DNA of 64,000 nt from an uncultured Verrucomicrobiae bacterium (GCA_963765205.1 CAVXVB010000007.1:128001-192000); one strand, 5' to 3'. Counted from the stretch's first letter, positions 30,941 to 41,307 are shown. Numbers and translations: made by a program. The notes: generated by a model not told the origin, from the letters alone.

Positions 30941-31944
30941 GAGCATTTTAGATAAAGCTGTAGCCACAATGGGCCAACCAATGGGCGGCATCCTGGGCGG
31001 TGACCTGGCGCAGGGCCGCGCCGATGGCGGTGAGCAGTTCGGGCGCGGTGCGGGCCTCGGCGGCGCGCAGCAGGGATTTGACTTTGCTCCACATCATTTC
31101 GATGGGGTTGAGGTCGGGCGAGTAGGCGGGCAGGAACTCGATGCTCGCGCCGGCGGCGCGGATCAGCGTGCGGGTGTGGTCGTTTTTGTGCGGGCTGAGG
31201 TTGTCCATGATCACCACATCGCCGGGGCGCAGGGTGGGCGCAAGCACTGCGCGCACATAGGCGCGGAAAACGTCCGTGTCGGTGGCCGCCTCGATGGTCA
31301 GGCAGGCGGTCGAACCGTCCAGCCGGATGGAGGAGAGCATCGTGGTGGTGCGCCAGTGCCCGTGCGGACATTTGGCCCGCAGCCGCTGGCCGCGGGGGGC
31401 GCGGCCGCGCAGGCGCGTCATATTGGTTTTGGCCGCCGGCTTCATCGAGGAAAACGAGCCGCGCGGGGTCCCAGCCGCCTTGCCGGCGCCGCCAGCGCCG
31501 CCGCCGCCGGGCGAGGTCGGGCCGGTCTTGCTCGGCGGCGCGCAGCGTTTTTTTTATAGGTCAGGCCCAGCGTGGCCAGGGCATAATGAATCGTCGGCAG
31601 CGCGCAGTCCAGGCCCAACGCCTCCCGCAATTCGCGCAAGGTGCGGTCAGGCTTCTCGGCGACCAGCCGGCGCAGGCGCTGACGGTGTTGTTCGCGCAGG
31701 CGCGGCTTGCGCCCGCTGCGGTGGCGCTGGGGGCGCAGGTCGCCGAGGCGGCGGCGCTGCTGGAGCAGCTTCTTGACCAGCCCCAGGGAAACCCGGAAGC
31801 GCCAAGCCACCTCCTCCCGCGTGCCCTCGTCCGCGTCATACGCGGCCAGGATGCGTTCCCGTAAATCCAGCGAGATGGTTTTCATGCGCCCGCAATATAA
31901 CACACCTTTCTAAAAATGGCTACACTATTTTTGAAAATTCTCTA
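30939..31944 (-). mobile_element. IS630-family insertion sequence, close isoform of 8994-9976
   Basis: Ends TAGAGCATTTT / AAAATTCTCTA; transposase 31885->30948, sequence very similar to the 9-kb copy. Confidence 0.95.
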
Positions 31945-32060
31945 AATGCTGATTGCTGAATATTCAAAAGCTCGATTGCTCTTGAGTTCAGTTAGAACTG
32001 GACAAACATCAAATCCCCTCCGCTCATCATTCTCAGCGCCCCAGTGCCTCAGCCCCTTTG
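31945..32060 (-). repeat. Dispersed repeat copy 3 (inverted, truncated at the IS end)
   Basis: Reverse complement reads GGGGATTTGATGTTTGTCCAG...TTTTGAATATTCAGCAATCAGCATT, matching 6368-6443. Confidence 0.8.
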
Positions 32061-32152
32061 CTCCTCTGCTCCCTCCTTCGTCCCGTGTGGCGGGACTGCG
32101 GAGGGCAAGCCTTTCCCTTTGCCTTCGCCGCCTGTCCTGCTAACTTCTGCAA

Positions 32153-33250
32153 ATGGCCGATGACGCGCTCTCCATCCTGCAAACGGCGAGGAAACCCGCC
32201 TATGCCGTCAGCCCGCCGTTGCGCGATTACCTCGAACGCTGGGGGCGCGAGGCGCAGTTGCCCGTCACTTACAAGGACCTGACGGGCTTTTCCGAGGGTG
32301 CGCCGCTGCTCGACCATGCCGGGCGTGACACGCTGTGGGAGTCTGTCATATACCCGCGCGAGCAGATGGCCGCGCTGCACCAGGGCCTCAAGGAGATTTA
32401 CGCCCTGATGCAGGCCGAGGGCAGCATCTCCGTCATGGACCATTTGTATGTGGACCGGATTGACTACTGCACCTTCGGCAACAGCAACCCGTTCCGCGTG
32501 CGCATCGTCAATTCCTATAACGACAACTTCGACCATTTCTACGTGAAGAAGGCCGACGCTTCGCGCGTGTATGGGCTGGAGCTCGAGCATTTGCTCTCGC
32601 CCAACCGGCTGCATTTCCTCACCAGCGGCGGGACGCTCGTCGAGGAGCACCTGGCGGGGATTCCCGGCGACGTGTTCATTGAGCGCTGGCTGCACGACCC
32701 GCACGTGTCGTCGGTGCGCCTGGCGAAGGAACTGGTCAAATTCAACGAGCGGTGCTTTGTGCGGCTGCTGGGCGACATGCGCGCGTATAACTTCGTCGTC
32801 GTGCTGGTGCCGGACTTCGAGGGCGTGCAGGTGCGCATCCGCGCGATGGACTTCGACCAGCAGTCGTATAACGGCCGCCTGCGCTTTTACCTGCCGCAGT
32901 TTTTCAAGGATAACTTCGCGCTGGTCGAGTATTGCCAGAAGCGGCTCAACCCGCAGACGGCGCGGCAATACCGGCGCGAGGAGCAGGCCCTCATCTTCCG
33001 CCGCGCGGAGACGGAGCGCGCGCGCATCGGGCAGCTTCTCGCCGCGATGGAACACACGGAGCTGGCCCCGCCGGAGAAAGTCGCGCAGCTCGGGGCCGAA
33101 CTGGCCGAGCACCACCAGGACGGCCGCTTTGCGCAGGCGGCCTCGATGGGCGACCTGGTGCGCGAAAACCTCGCCCTCATGTGCAAGCAGTTCGCCGAGC
33201 ATAGCGGCCACACCGGGCCGAACCCCTTTGCGGCGGAGGCGGAGAAGTAA
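32153..33250 (+). CDS. Conserved hypothetical protein with kinase-like (HipA/PI3-4K-like) motifs
   Basis: Long ORF with typical codon use; FGNSNPF..., FYVK, LLGDMRAYNF, MDFDQ. Confidence 0.75.
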   Translation: MADDALSILQTARKPAYAVSPPLRDYLERWGREAQLPVTYKDLTGFSEGAPLLDHAGRDTLWESVIYPREQMAALHQGLKEIYALMQAEGSISVMDHLYVDRIDYCTFGNSNPFRVRIVNSYNDNFDHFYVKKADASRVYGLELEHLLSPNRLHFLTSGGTLVEEHLAGIPGDVFIERWLHDPHVSSVRLAKELVKFNERCFVRLLGDMRAYNFVVVLVPDFEGVQVRIRAMDFDQQSYNGRLRFYLPQFFKDNFALVEYCQKRLNPQTARQYRREEQALIFRRAETERARIGQLLAAMEHTELAPPEKVAQLGAELAEHHQDGRFAQAASMGDLVRENLALMCKQFAEHSGHTGPNPFAAEAEK

Positions 33251-33336
33251 GGGACAAAGGGACAAGGGGAAACAATCGAGACCCGGCTTACAGGAATTTC
33301 AGCATTCAGAATTTAGCAATCAGAAACCTCACCCGC

Positions 33337-34869
33337 TTACCTCCCCACTCCCGCGCAGCGGGCCATTTCGAGGGCGAGCCAGTGGGCTTCGTGCGCGTCG
33401 GGGATTTCGTCGCCGGCCGTCACCAAGCCGCCGTTTTGCCGGATGATTTGGATATTATACAATACGATGTTGTTATAAGTCTCGCCGTGAACGATGTTGA
33501 TTTCACGGATGTCCGACGCCGCCAGCGTGCGCGTGCGCCCCACCCCGCCAAGATGCTTGGCCAGGGTGAGGCCGTCGCGCCCGGCGACCACGCGGGTTGT
33601 CGCCAACCATTCGTGCAGCGTCCACAACACCAGGATGACAGCAAAGAAACCAAACACGACGGGAAAGAGCAACGGCGCGTGGTGATCAATTAAAAACCAA
33701 ACGACGCCGCTCCAGAACAGGGTGAAAAACGCCAGGAAGACCGCCGCGCCGCGGTTGCGAAACGCGGGGAAATAGAATTCCTTGCCGGCATCGGTGTCCC
33801 GCACGCGGATGCGCGAATGGGCGGGTTGCTGGAAATGGGCTTCATCGTCGCTGCCAACGAAGGGCACCGGGCGCGCCGGATCCGGCATGCCCATGGCGAG
33901 GCGCGCCTGCGCCAGCGAGGACGATTCCGAAGGCGGGCGCGGCGGGATGGGCGCAGGAGCCGAGCGCGGCGCGGCCACGACGGGGACTTCAAATTCCGCC
34001 GCGTAATCCACGCCGGGCAATTTTGCGGTGGCGTGCAGCCGCCAGAAGGTCCGGTTGTCCTTGTCGGTGGTGTCGGTGGCTTCCGCGTCCCTCGGCAGCG
34101 TAAATGCCACGGGAATGACATCGCCGAGGCTGGCATCCACCTGCTTTTCTTCCTGCCACAGAATCTCCTCCTCGACATGGCGGCCTTTGCCCGTGCCGGT
34201 GACGAGGTGATGGATGTTCGAGAGCTTGAGCGCAAAGCCCGCCGCCGGCTGGAGGGCATGGCTCAAGACAATGTTGGCCGTGAGCGGGCCGCCCAGCGCC
34301 GCCGGGGCGTCCTTCATTTCCAAAACGGATTCGCCGAATTTGAGGCGCCGCAACGTCCGGTAAGCGGGCACCGCTGCCACGGCCGCGCCGGCCACCCCCA
34401 ACGCCAACGGAAAAATCAGCATGACCGGGTTGTGGTCAAAATCGCGGACGAGCACCGCCTGGCGCGGGTCTTGCGGGTTGACGTAACAGACGGACAGTGT
34501 GCCGGGCTTGAACCGGCTCATCCCCGCCGCCCACCAATTATAGTCGCTCGTCGAACCCACCGTGAAATCGTAGTCGTTGGACTGGTAGGTGCGGTCTCCG
34601 ACCAGGTAAGCATAAGCCAGTGTCAGACTGTAAGTGGTGGAGGTGCTGCCGTGCGAGCCGTGGCTGACGTGGGTGGTGATCTGGCATTGGAGAATCCGGC
34701 AGGGAACTTGCGTCCACGCCTGCGCGGCGCGGCTTTGCTGCAACGGGCGCAGGTAGAAAAAATAATTGAGCACCACGCCGCCCGCCAACAACAGGGTGGC
34801 AATCAGCCCCAGCCCGACAATGGCGGCGCGGCGATCCAGCGAGGAGGGTATTTTGAGCGGTGCGCCCAT
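33337..34869 (-). CDS. DUF3592-like membrane protein
   Basis: TM, W.QVPC.I, Y.Y.VGDRTY, CYVNPQDPRQAVL, further TM pairs. Confidence 0.75.
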   Translation of the reverse strand: MGAPLKIPSSLDRRAAIVGLGLIATLLLAGGVVLNYFFYLRPLQQSRAAQAWTQVPCRILQCQITTHVSHGSHGSTSTTYSLTLAYAYLVGDRTYQSNDYDFTVGSTSDYNWWAAGMSRFKPGTLSVCYVNPQDPRQAVLVRDFDHNPVMLIFPLALGVAGAAVAAVPAYRTLRRLKFGESVLEMKDAPAALGGPLTANIVLSHALQPAAGFALKLSNIHHLVTGTGKGRHVEEEILWQEEKQVDASLGDVIPVAFTLPRDAEATDTTDKDNRTFWRLHATAKLPGVDYAAEFEVPVVAAPRSAPAPIPPRPPSESSSLAQARLAMGMPDPARPVPFVGSDDEAHFQQPAHSRIRVRDTDAGKEFYFPAFRNRGAAVFLAFFTLFWSGVVWFLIDHHAPLLFPVVFGFFAVILVLWTLHEWLATTRVVAGRDGLTLAKHLGGVGRTRTLAASDIREINIVHGETYNNIVLYNIQIIRQNGGLVTAGDEIPDAHEAHWLALEMARCAGVGR

Positions 34870-35119
34870 CCCTGCCGATTAACGCGCCGCGCCGGAAAAT
34901 GCCAGCCCGCAATTTGTAAAGCAATGGCTTCGCTACACAGACGGGCAGCTCCTTGCGCTGCGCCAGGTGCCCTCCATGTTGGCTTTCCCCGCCCGGTCTC
35001 CCTGGGCAAACTCATCCGCACTCATCGCCATGGCCAAAAACCTTATCGCGTCCTGCAAATCTAGGTAAAAAGGTGCAGCCTGACCTCTGCTATGAGCCCC
35101 TGCTATGAGCCCTGCGCTG

Positions 35120-35220
35120 AGGCGTCTCCTTTAAGCGTCGCGACGCGACGCGGGGAACGCCAACCAGGTTCCGTGGACTGAAGTCCACGGCTAGGTTCGG
35201 AGCCTCGCTCTGCGAGGCCA
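35120..35220. repeat. REP-like hairpin cluster
   Basis: GCGTCGCGACGCGACGC, CCGTGGACTGAAGTCCACGG (35171-35190), GCCTCGCTCTGCGAGGC. Confidence 0.6.
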
Positions 35221-35516
35221 AGTCACCATCCAAAAATTGAGCTGCACCCTGTGTTTCCTGCGCCCGCCCTTTTAACTCGCCCAACCTCCTCCCATCTGGG
35301 CCAAGTCATTTGGATTCATCGCCAAACCCCAAAACTTCATCGCATCCTCCACATACTCAAGTAATAAGGTGAGGCCTAATCTGTATGGGACGTCCCTGTA
35401 TTACGCGCAAAATTTACAAGTTATTTACCTAGAAAAGAAAAATGAGGATTTGCCCCCAGAAGAAAAAGGCATTAGATTGAGAGTATTCAAAAAACCCTTT
35501 CAATTGCACCACTGTC

Positions 35517-37550
35517 ATGAAAATCGTCCAAGCTCTTCGTCGGTTCTCCTCGATTCGCCCCGTGTTTGCCGCGGTGGCGGCACTCTCTGCGCTCCTTGCC
35601 GCCCCCGCCGCCTTCGCCGGCACTTCCGGTGGCGCCGGGGCGGTGACCTACAATATTCCTGAACAGATTGAGCAGGGCAATATGCCCTATACGGCGTCAT
35701 ATACGCTGATCATCACGTCGCCTGAGTATCTGCCCGCGGGCAATTACTCCGTTACCCTCAATTTGACCCTCCTGTCCGCGCCCACTGGGGTAACCACCTC
35801 CCAGGCCTTGAGCTTTGTCACCATCTCTTCGAACACGTCGTTGCTGGGCGGTCTGTTGGGCAATATCACCAATCTTCTGGGCCCGATTGTCGGCGCCACC
35901 CAAACCGGCGCGGCCACGATTGGCTTCACCGGCCCCAGCCAGCAGGTGGCGGTCACCGTGACGACGACCATCCCCGCGGGCAATTGGGCGGGCAGTTTTG
36001 GCTATGGAATTCAGACCAGCGGCTGGGCGAGCTCCTTGGGCGTTACCGACCAGGGTTGCACGATCAATGACACTGTGGCGCTGCCGCCGGGCTTGCTGGG
36101 CTTGCCCAGCGTCACCATCCTGGCCCCGATCAATAACACCCAATATGCCTTGCAGGCCGGCTCTTATGAATATGTGGCGGGGAATTCGACGGAGGTGGAC
36201 ACAGTCGAGAACGTCGAATATTCGACAGAAAATGGTTTTTTTGAGTATGTGCCGAGTGCCGGCAGTAATATCTCCATTGCGTATAATTTCACGGGAAACA
36301 CCTCGGATGGTTCACCTTTGATTGCCATGAATGGCACCGTCAACGGCATCAGCCTGGGCGTGGTGCCCACTGGCCTCAATGAGGCCAACACCACCGCGAC
36401 CGCGAAGGGGACCTTCAGCGTGTCCGAACCTGGCATTTATACGGTGACGGCGACGGACGCGAATGCCAATGGCGTGGATTCCCAATCGGTGGAGTTGGGC
36501 GTAAACATCAAAGCGGGCCCGCCGAGCGTGGTGATTGACACCCCGGCCGCCAATTCCACCTACACCTTGACGGGCAATTCCATTTCCGTGCCCTTGACGT
36601 TTACCGGCTTCAGCGAATACGGCGGCGTCACCGAATTGTCGGCGACGCTGGATGGCACTCCCATCTCCGTCTCTACAGGTGACTTGGGCAACAATACGGG
36701 TCCGGGCGGCAGCGGCACGTCCTTGGGCACGGGAACGCTGCCTTTGACCAGCGTCGGCCTCCATACCTTGGCCGTTACCGCGACGGACGACTTCGGTTCC
36801 ACGACCGCTTCGGAGCCCATCAATGTCATTCCGGGCAGTGTCATCAATCTCGGCGACGCCGCCGGCTTTTCCGTTTTGGTTTACAACGCCAGCAATAACT
36901 CGGACTCCGCCTATCAGTGCGGCTCGATTGGGGTGGTCAAGGGGAATTGGGCGCAAAGTGGCGGCCAGCAAACGAATGCCCAGGATGAGACGACCGTTTA
37001 TTTGAGCCCCGGCTATACCAGCAGCGGGCCTGCAGTGGAGACTACGGTCATTGATGGCACATTGCTGAATTCAGCGTGGACCGCGGCGGTGAATGAATCT
37101 GCCACGCTGGCGGCGATGACTCCCACCCAAACGTTTGGGAGCATTAACTTGAACAACTCGAATTTGACCATAACCGAAACGGTCGTTGGCACCTATGTGT
37201 TTGATTTTACCAATATCAGCCTGAATCACCCCGCGTCCCTGGTGTTGAATGCCCCCGCGGGAAGCACTGTGATCGTGAATATCTCCGGCTCGGTGCAGTT
37301 AAACGGCTCCTCCAATGGTGGCTGGATGGTGATTGGGGGCGGGCTGACGAGCACCAATGTCATCTATAACTTTACTGGCACCGGCAGCGTGCTGCACACG
37401 GCCGGCGGCGGCAACGGATCCGTTATCCAAGGCATTGTCCTGGCGCCCAATGGCCAGGTGCAATTGGATCCAGGCGAGGTGGAGGGTGAAGTCATCGCGA
37501 ACACGTTTTCGACTTCTTCGGGCACCCTCGTGCAGGCGCCTTGTCAATAA
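35517..37550 (+). CDS. Secreted protein with Ig-like repeats and C-terminal choice-of-anchor-A/ice-binding-like beta-helix domain
   Basis: Signal peptide (AFA); two P.V.I..P...ATD..G Ig-like units; INLGDAAGFSVL...NVIYNF...QGIVLAPNG.V. Confidence 0.7.
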   Translation: MKIVQALRRFSSIRPVFAAVAALSALLAAPAAFAGTSGGAGAVTYNIPEQIEQGNMPYTASYTLIITSPEYLPAGNYSVTLNLTLLSAPTGVTTSQALSFVTISSNTSLLGGLLGNITNLLGPIVGATQTGAATIGFTGPSQQVAVTVTTTIPAGNWAGSFGYGIQTSGWASSLGVTDQGCTINDTVALPPGLLGLPSVTILAPINNTQYALQAGSYEYVAGNSTEVDTVENVEYSTENGFFEYVPSAGSNISIAYNFTGNTSDGSPLIAMNGTVNGISLGVVPTGLNEANTTATAKGTFSVSEPGIYTVTATDANANGVDSQSVELGVNIKAGPPSVVIDTPAANSTYTLTGNSISVPLTFTGFSEYGGVTELSATLDGTPISVSTGDLGNNTGPGGSGTSLGTGTLPLTSVGLHTLAVTATDDFGSTTASEPINVIPGSVINLGDAAGFSVLVYNASNNSDSAYQCGSIGVVKGNWAQSGGQQTNAQDETTVYLSPGYTSSGPAVETTVIDGTLLNSAWTAAVNESATLAAMTPTQTFGSINLNNSNLTITETVVGTYVFDFTNISLNHPASLVLNAPAGSTVIVNISGSVQLNGSSNGGWMVIGGGLTSTNVIYNFTGTGSVLHTAGGGNGSVIQGIVLAPNGQVQLDPGEVEGEVIANTFSTSSGTLVQAPCQ

Positions 37551-37696
37551 TGTTGTCCTCGAGGCAAACCTTCCGCTAATCCTCCGGCCTCTTGCACCCC
37601 CCTGCCAATTACCGTTGACACTTGGGCCGGCACCGGGTTTGATATCCGGTTTTCCCCCGGCCCTTCCGGGCTGGTTCACATCCTCATCCACTGGTC

Positions 37697-38020
37697 ATGG
37701 CCCTCAAAATCCGTCTGCAACGTCACGGCGCCAAAGGCGCGCCCATCTTCCGCCTGGTCGTCTGCGAGCACACCACCCGCCGCGACGGGCGGTTCATCGA
37801 GATTTTGGGCACCTACCACCCCTCGCCCACCGGCCAGGACACCAAGCACCCGCTGACCGTGCGCCTCGACCGCGTGGACCATTGGATGAAGGTCGGCGCC
37901 AAACCGTCGGACACCGTCTGGACATTGATCAAGAAAGCCCGCAAAGGCCTGGCGGAAGCGCAGGCGGCCGCGCCCGTGGAAGCCGTGGTGGCGGCGGTCG
38001 GTGTTTCGGCTACGACGTAA
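37697..38020 (+). CDS. rpsP: 30S ribosomal protein S16
   Basis: MALKIRLQRHG, RRDGRFIE.LGTY.P, GAKPSDTV. Confidence 0.98.
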   Translation: MALKIRLQRHGAKGAPIFRLVVCEHTTRRDGRFIEILGTYHPSPTGQDTKHPLTVRLDRVDHWMKVGAKPSDTVWTLIKKARKGLAEAQAAAPVEAVVAAVGVSATT

Positions 38021-38033
38021 CCCAGGATAGCCC

Positions 38034-38158
38034 AAGGATGAAGGATGAGGGATGAAGGATGAGAAGAACGGCGGCACGCAGGTTTGATGCTGCACAATTA
38101 TTTTTGCGTTAATCCCCGCTTTCCCGGGTTGGTTTTTTGGATTTCATCCTTCATCCTT
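38034..38158. repeat. Inverted tandem-arm element (AAGGATG heptamer type)
   Basis: AAGGATGAAGGATGAGGGATGAAGGATGA ... TTCATCCTTCATCCTT. Confidence 0.85.
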
Positions 38159-38167
38159 TTCGTAGTC

Positions 38168-38860
38168 GTGTCCGCCCGTCTTTCCATTGACCTGCTGACC
38201 CTCTTCCCCGGCATGGTCGAGGGGTTTTTGCGCGAGAGCATCGTCGGGCGCGCGCAGGAACAGGGATTGATCGCCGTGCGGGTGCATAATTTGCGCGACT
38301 GGGCCACCGACAAGCACCACACCACGGACGACCGCCCGTTCGGCGGGGGCGCGGGCATGGTGCTCAAGCCGGAGCCGGTTGCCGCAGCCATCGAAGCCGT
38401 CGCCACGCCTGGCTGCATGGTCATTTACCTTTGCCCTGATGGCGAGATGCTGAGCACCGGCCTCGCGCGCGAATTGGCGGGTGCGGGGCACCTCGTCCTC
38501 ATCAGCGGCCATTACGAAGGCCTGGATCAGCGCGTGCGCGATTTGCTGGTCCATCGCGAAGTCTCCATCGGCGACTACGTTCTGACCAACGGCACCCTGC
38601 CCGCCGCGGTCCTGATTGACTGCGTGGCGCGCCAGGTGCCCGGCGTGCTCGGCGAGGAATTGTCCTTGACCCAGGATTCCTTTCACGGCAGTTTGCTCGG
38701 TTTCCCACAATACACGCGGCCTGTTGAGTTCCGTGGCCGGCGGGTGCCCGAGGTTTTGCTCTCTGGCAACCATGCCGCCATCGCCCAGTGGCGCCGCGAA
38801 CAACAAACCGAAAAAACCCGCCAGCGCCGCCCGGACCTGCACAACCAAATTAAGAAGTAA
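38168..38860 (+). CDS. trmD: tRNA (guanine37-N1)-methyltransferase
   Basis: LLTLFP, DDRPFGGGAGMV, GHYEGLDQR, SIGDYVL, YTRP, VPEVLLSGNH. Confidence 0.97.
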   Translation: MSARLSIDLLTLFPGMVEGFLRESIVGRAQEQGLIAVRVHNLRDWATDKHHTTDDRPFGGGAGMVLKPEPVAAAIEAVATPGCMVIYLCPDGEMLSTGLARELAGAGHLVLISGHYEGLDQRVRDLLVHREVSIGDYVLTNGTLPAAVLIDCVARQVPGVLGEELSLTQDSFHGSLLGFPQYTRPVEFRGRRVPEVLLSGNHAAIAQWRREQQTEKTRQRRPDLHNQIKK

Positions 38861-39036
38861 GATTTTAAGAAGTAAGATTTAAGAATTAAGAAATCAATCT
38901 CCGCCCCTTTCCTCTTTTATCTCCAGGTTTAGCCCTTCGTTCCCTTCATCTTTCTTCTTCGCCCTTCGCCCTTTCCCCCTTCACCCTATCGCCTCCTCTC
39001 TCTGACTTCTTAATTCTTCCTTCTTAATTCTTAATT
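38848..39036. repeat. Inverted tandem-arm element (AATTAAG heptamer type), overlapping the trmD stop
   Basis: AATTAAGAAGTAAG...AAGAATTAAGAA ... TTCTTAATTCTTCCTTCTTAATTCTTAATT. Confidence 0.85.
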
Positions 39037-39040
39037 TCCC

Positions 39041-39553
39041 ATGAAACCCATCGTCATTGAAATCACCCGCGGGCAACTCCAGACCGGTCGCGACGTCTTT
39101 AAGGTCGGCGACGGCGTGCGCGTCCACACCAAAGTCAAGGAAGGCGACAAGGAGCGCGTCCAGATTTTCAGCGGCATCGTCATTGCGCGCAAGGGGCGCG
39201 GCGTGGCCGAGACCTTCACGGTGCGGCGCATTTCCTACGGTGAAGGCGTCGAGCGCGTCTTCCCGGTGCACGCCCCGACCATCGCCAAGATTGAAGTCGA
39301 GCGCGACGCCGTGACGCAAAAGGCCCGCCTCTATTATCTGCGCAAGCGCATTGGCAAGCAGGCGACGAGCGTCAAGGAACGCCGACTGCTTGAAGCCGCG
39401 GGCGCGATTGACGCGACGAGTTCGCCGGAAGCCGGCCTCGCCGCCGCCGAAGCCAAAGCCGAAGCGGCCGCCAAAGCGGAAGCCGAGGCCGCCGCGAAGG
39501 CGGAGGCCAAAGCCAAAAAGGCCAAGGAAGCGGAAGCCGCCGCAGTGAAGTAG
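39041..39553 (+). CDS. rplS: 50S ribosomal protein L19 with Ala/Glu/Lys-rich C-terminal extension
   Basis: FKVGD.VRV, EGDKERVQ.F.G, TFTVRRISYGEGVERVFP, ARLYYLR. Confidence 0.98.
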   Translation: MKPIVIEITRGQLQTGRDVFKVGDGVRVHTKVKEGDKERVQIFSGIVIARKGRGVAETFTVRRISYGEGVERVFPVHAPTIAKIEVERDAVTQKARLYYLRKRIGKQATSVKERRLLEAAGAIDATSSPEAGLAAAEAKAEAAAKAEAEAAAKAEAKAKKAKEAEAAAVK

Positions 39554-39633
39554 CAGGGAGCAGGGAGGGCGGAAGAGATTCCTGAGTGCTGATTGCTGAA
39601 TTGAGGCAGTCGGCGTTTGTCCGCACTGTCTTC

Positions 39634-40914
39634 TCAAATCTGGAGCACCTCGACGATACGAACTTCTTTGACCGCGTGGTCGGTCCAGTAAGTGATGACC
39701 CAATCGTCCACCTGTAGATTTTGTAAAACACGTCCGGTATGGTCGGTGGTCGGGTAACCTCCAATCCGGTGCGGAGTCTCGGCTAGAGCATTTTCGATTT
39801 AGATAGACGCATATTGGGCATGACCAAAGAAGCCTTGGCAATGGGTGGAGGTGAAGGAGGCGAGGGCTGGAACCAAAGCGGTTTGGAGGTCCGTGAGGGT
39901 TCGTGCGGCGGCTTGCCGAAGATGGGCTTTGAGTTTGGCGAAGGCCTGTTCGATGGGGTTGAGATCGGGGCTATACGGCGGCAGATAGCGCACGCGGGCG
40001 CCGCGGGCGGCCAGCACCGCGGCGACGCTGGCCGTTTTGTGGGTGGCGAGGTTGTCGAGGATCACGGTGTCGCCCTCCCGCAATTCCGGGCCGAGCACTT
40101 GTTGGAGGTAGGCGGTGAACACGTCGGTGTCCACTGCGCCTTCGATCAGAAAAGGCGCAGTCACGGCGTCCACGCGCAACGCGGCGATAAAGGTGGAAGT
40201 GTGCCAGTGCCCGTGGGGCACGCGCCCGAGGCAACGCTGGCTGCGCGGGGCCCGCCCATACAGCCGCGCCATCTTGGTGTTCAAGCCGGTCTCGTCGATG
40301 AAGACCAACCGTCGGCTGTCCCAGCTGGGCTGATCCTGGCGCCACTGGTGCCGGGCCGCTTTAACGTCGGGTCGATCTTGCTCGGCGGCGCGCGTCGTTT
40401 TTTTTATAGCTCAAGCCCAGCCGCTCCAGCCGGTGCCACAGCGCGTTGAGGCCCAGCCGCACGCCGAGTTGCTCGCGGCAGCGCGTTTGCAGTTGCGCCA
40501 GCGTCAGGTCGGGCTGCGCCGCGATCCACGCCCGCACCTTGCGCTCATGCTCCGCCAGCCGGGAGCGGCGGCAGCCGCCGATTTGTTTCGGCGGCAGTGG
40601 CCCCGGCGGCGGTATTGGTTCCAGAAGCGTTCGGCGCTGCTGCGGCTGACCCCAAAACGGCGGCAGACCTCGCCCGTGCCTTCCCCGGCTTCGCGCGCCC
40701 GCACGATGCGCTGGCGCAAATCTTCCGAGAGTGGTTTCATGGTGGTGGCCTCCTTTTCCACCATTATACACCGCTTTCAGCAATACGTCTATTTAAATCG
40801 AAAATGCTCTAGCAAGCGGCAGGCCTTGGCCACGCGTTTCTGTTGTCGGCGTGGGAGCCGGAACACGTATTCGCTCGCGGCTTCCGACAAAGCGTAAGTG
40901 TAACCCTCCGGCAT
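39634..40914 (-). pseudogene. RelE-like toxin gene (84 aa reconstructed) interrupted by IS630
   Basis: Removing the IS and one TA joins MPEGYTYALSEAASEYVFRLPRRQQKRVAKACRLL to AETPHRIGGYPTTDHTGRVLQNLQVDDWVITYWTDHAVKEVRIVEVLQI* in frame. Confidence 0.8.
39784..40811 (-). mobile_element. IS630-family insertion sequence
   Basis: 26-bp inverted repeats TAGAGCATTTTCGATTTA(G/A)ATAGACG including the TA; transposase 40740->39799 with VFIDETG, DNL..HK, YSPDLNPIE. Confidence 0.96.
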
Positions 40915-40922
40915 GACGCGGG

Positions 40923-41126
40923 CTAGTTTTCGGTTAAACCAACCCGCTGTTCAAACTCCTGCTGGGTCATCTTATGGCCCGTGTCCATGCCGCGCATCCG
41001 CCGGCTCATTTCTTGCCGCCACTCCTCGTTGCGCTCCCGGCCCAGTTGCAGCAAAAACGCAGACAGTTCCCGGCGCTCCGCCTCCGGGAGTTCGATCGCC
41101 TCTCGCTTCATTTCCGCGACGGACAT
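40923..41126 (-). CDS. Putative addiction-module antitoxin
   Basis: MSVAEMKREAIELPEAERRELSAFL...EEW..E..RR pattern; lies immediately upstream of the RelE-like gene. Confidence 0.7.
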   Translation of the reverse strand: MSVAEMKREAIELPEAERRELSAFLLQLGRERNEEWRQEMSRRMRGMDTGHKMTQQEFEQRVGLTEN

Positions 41127-41307
41127 GGCTGCCAGCATGGGCCACAATTCACCCTTTGACAAGCCATTCCTTCGCCGATGCGCATGGCAAACGGTTCCTG
41201 AAATAATCACCTATTAAAAAAGGCCGCGAGCCTTGGTGGTTGGGCTTGTGGCGGGCGGGTTTTTTGCCTAAACGTCACGGGCAGGCCGTCCCGCTCGCGC
41301 CCCCCCC

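Noticed and set aside
35028..35063. Short ORF MAKNLIASCKS as a leader peptide
   Set aside because: No downstream operon logic or other supporting features.
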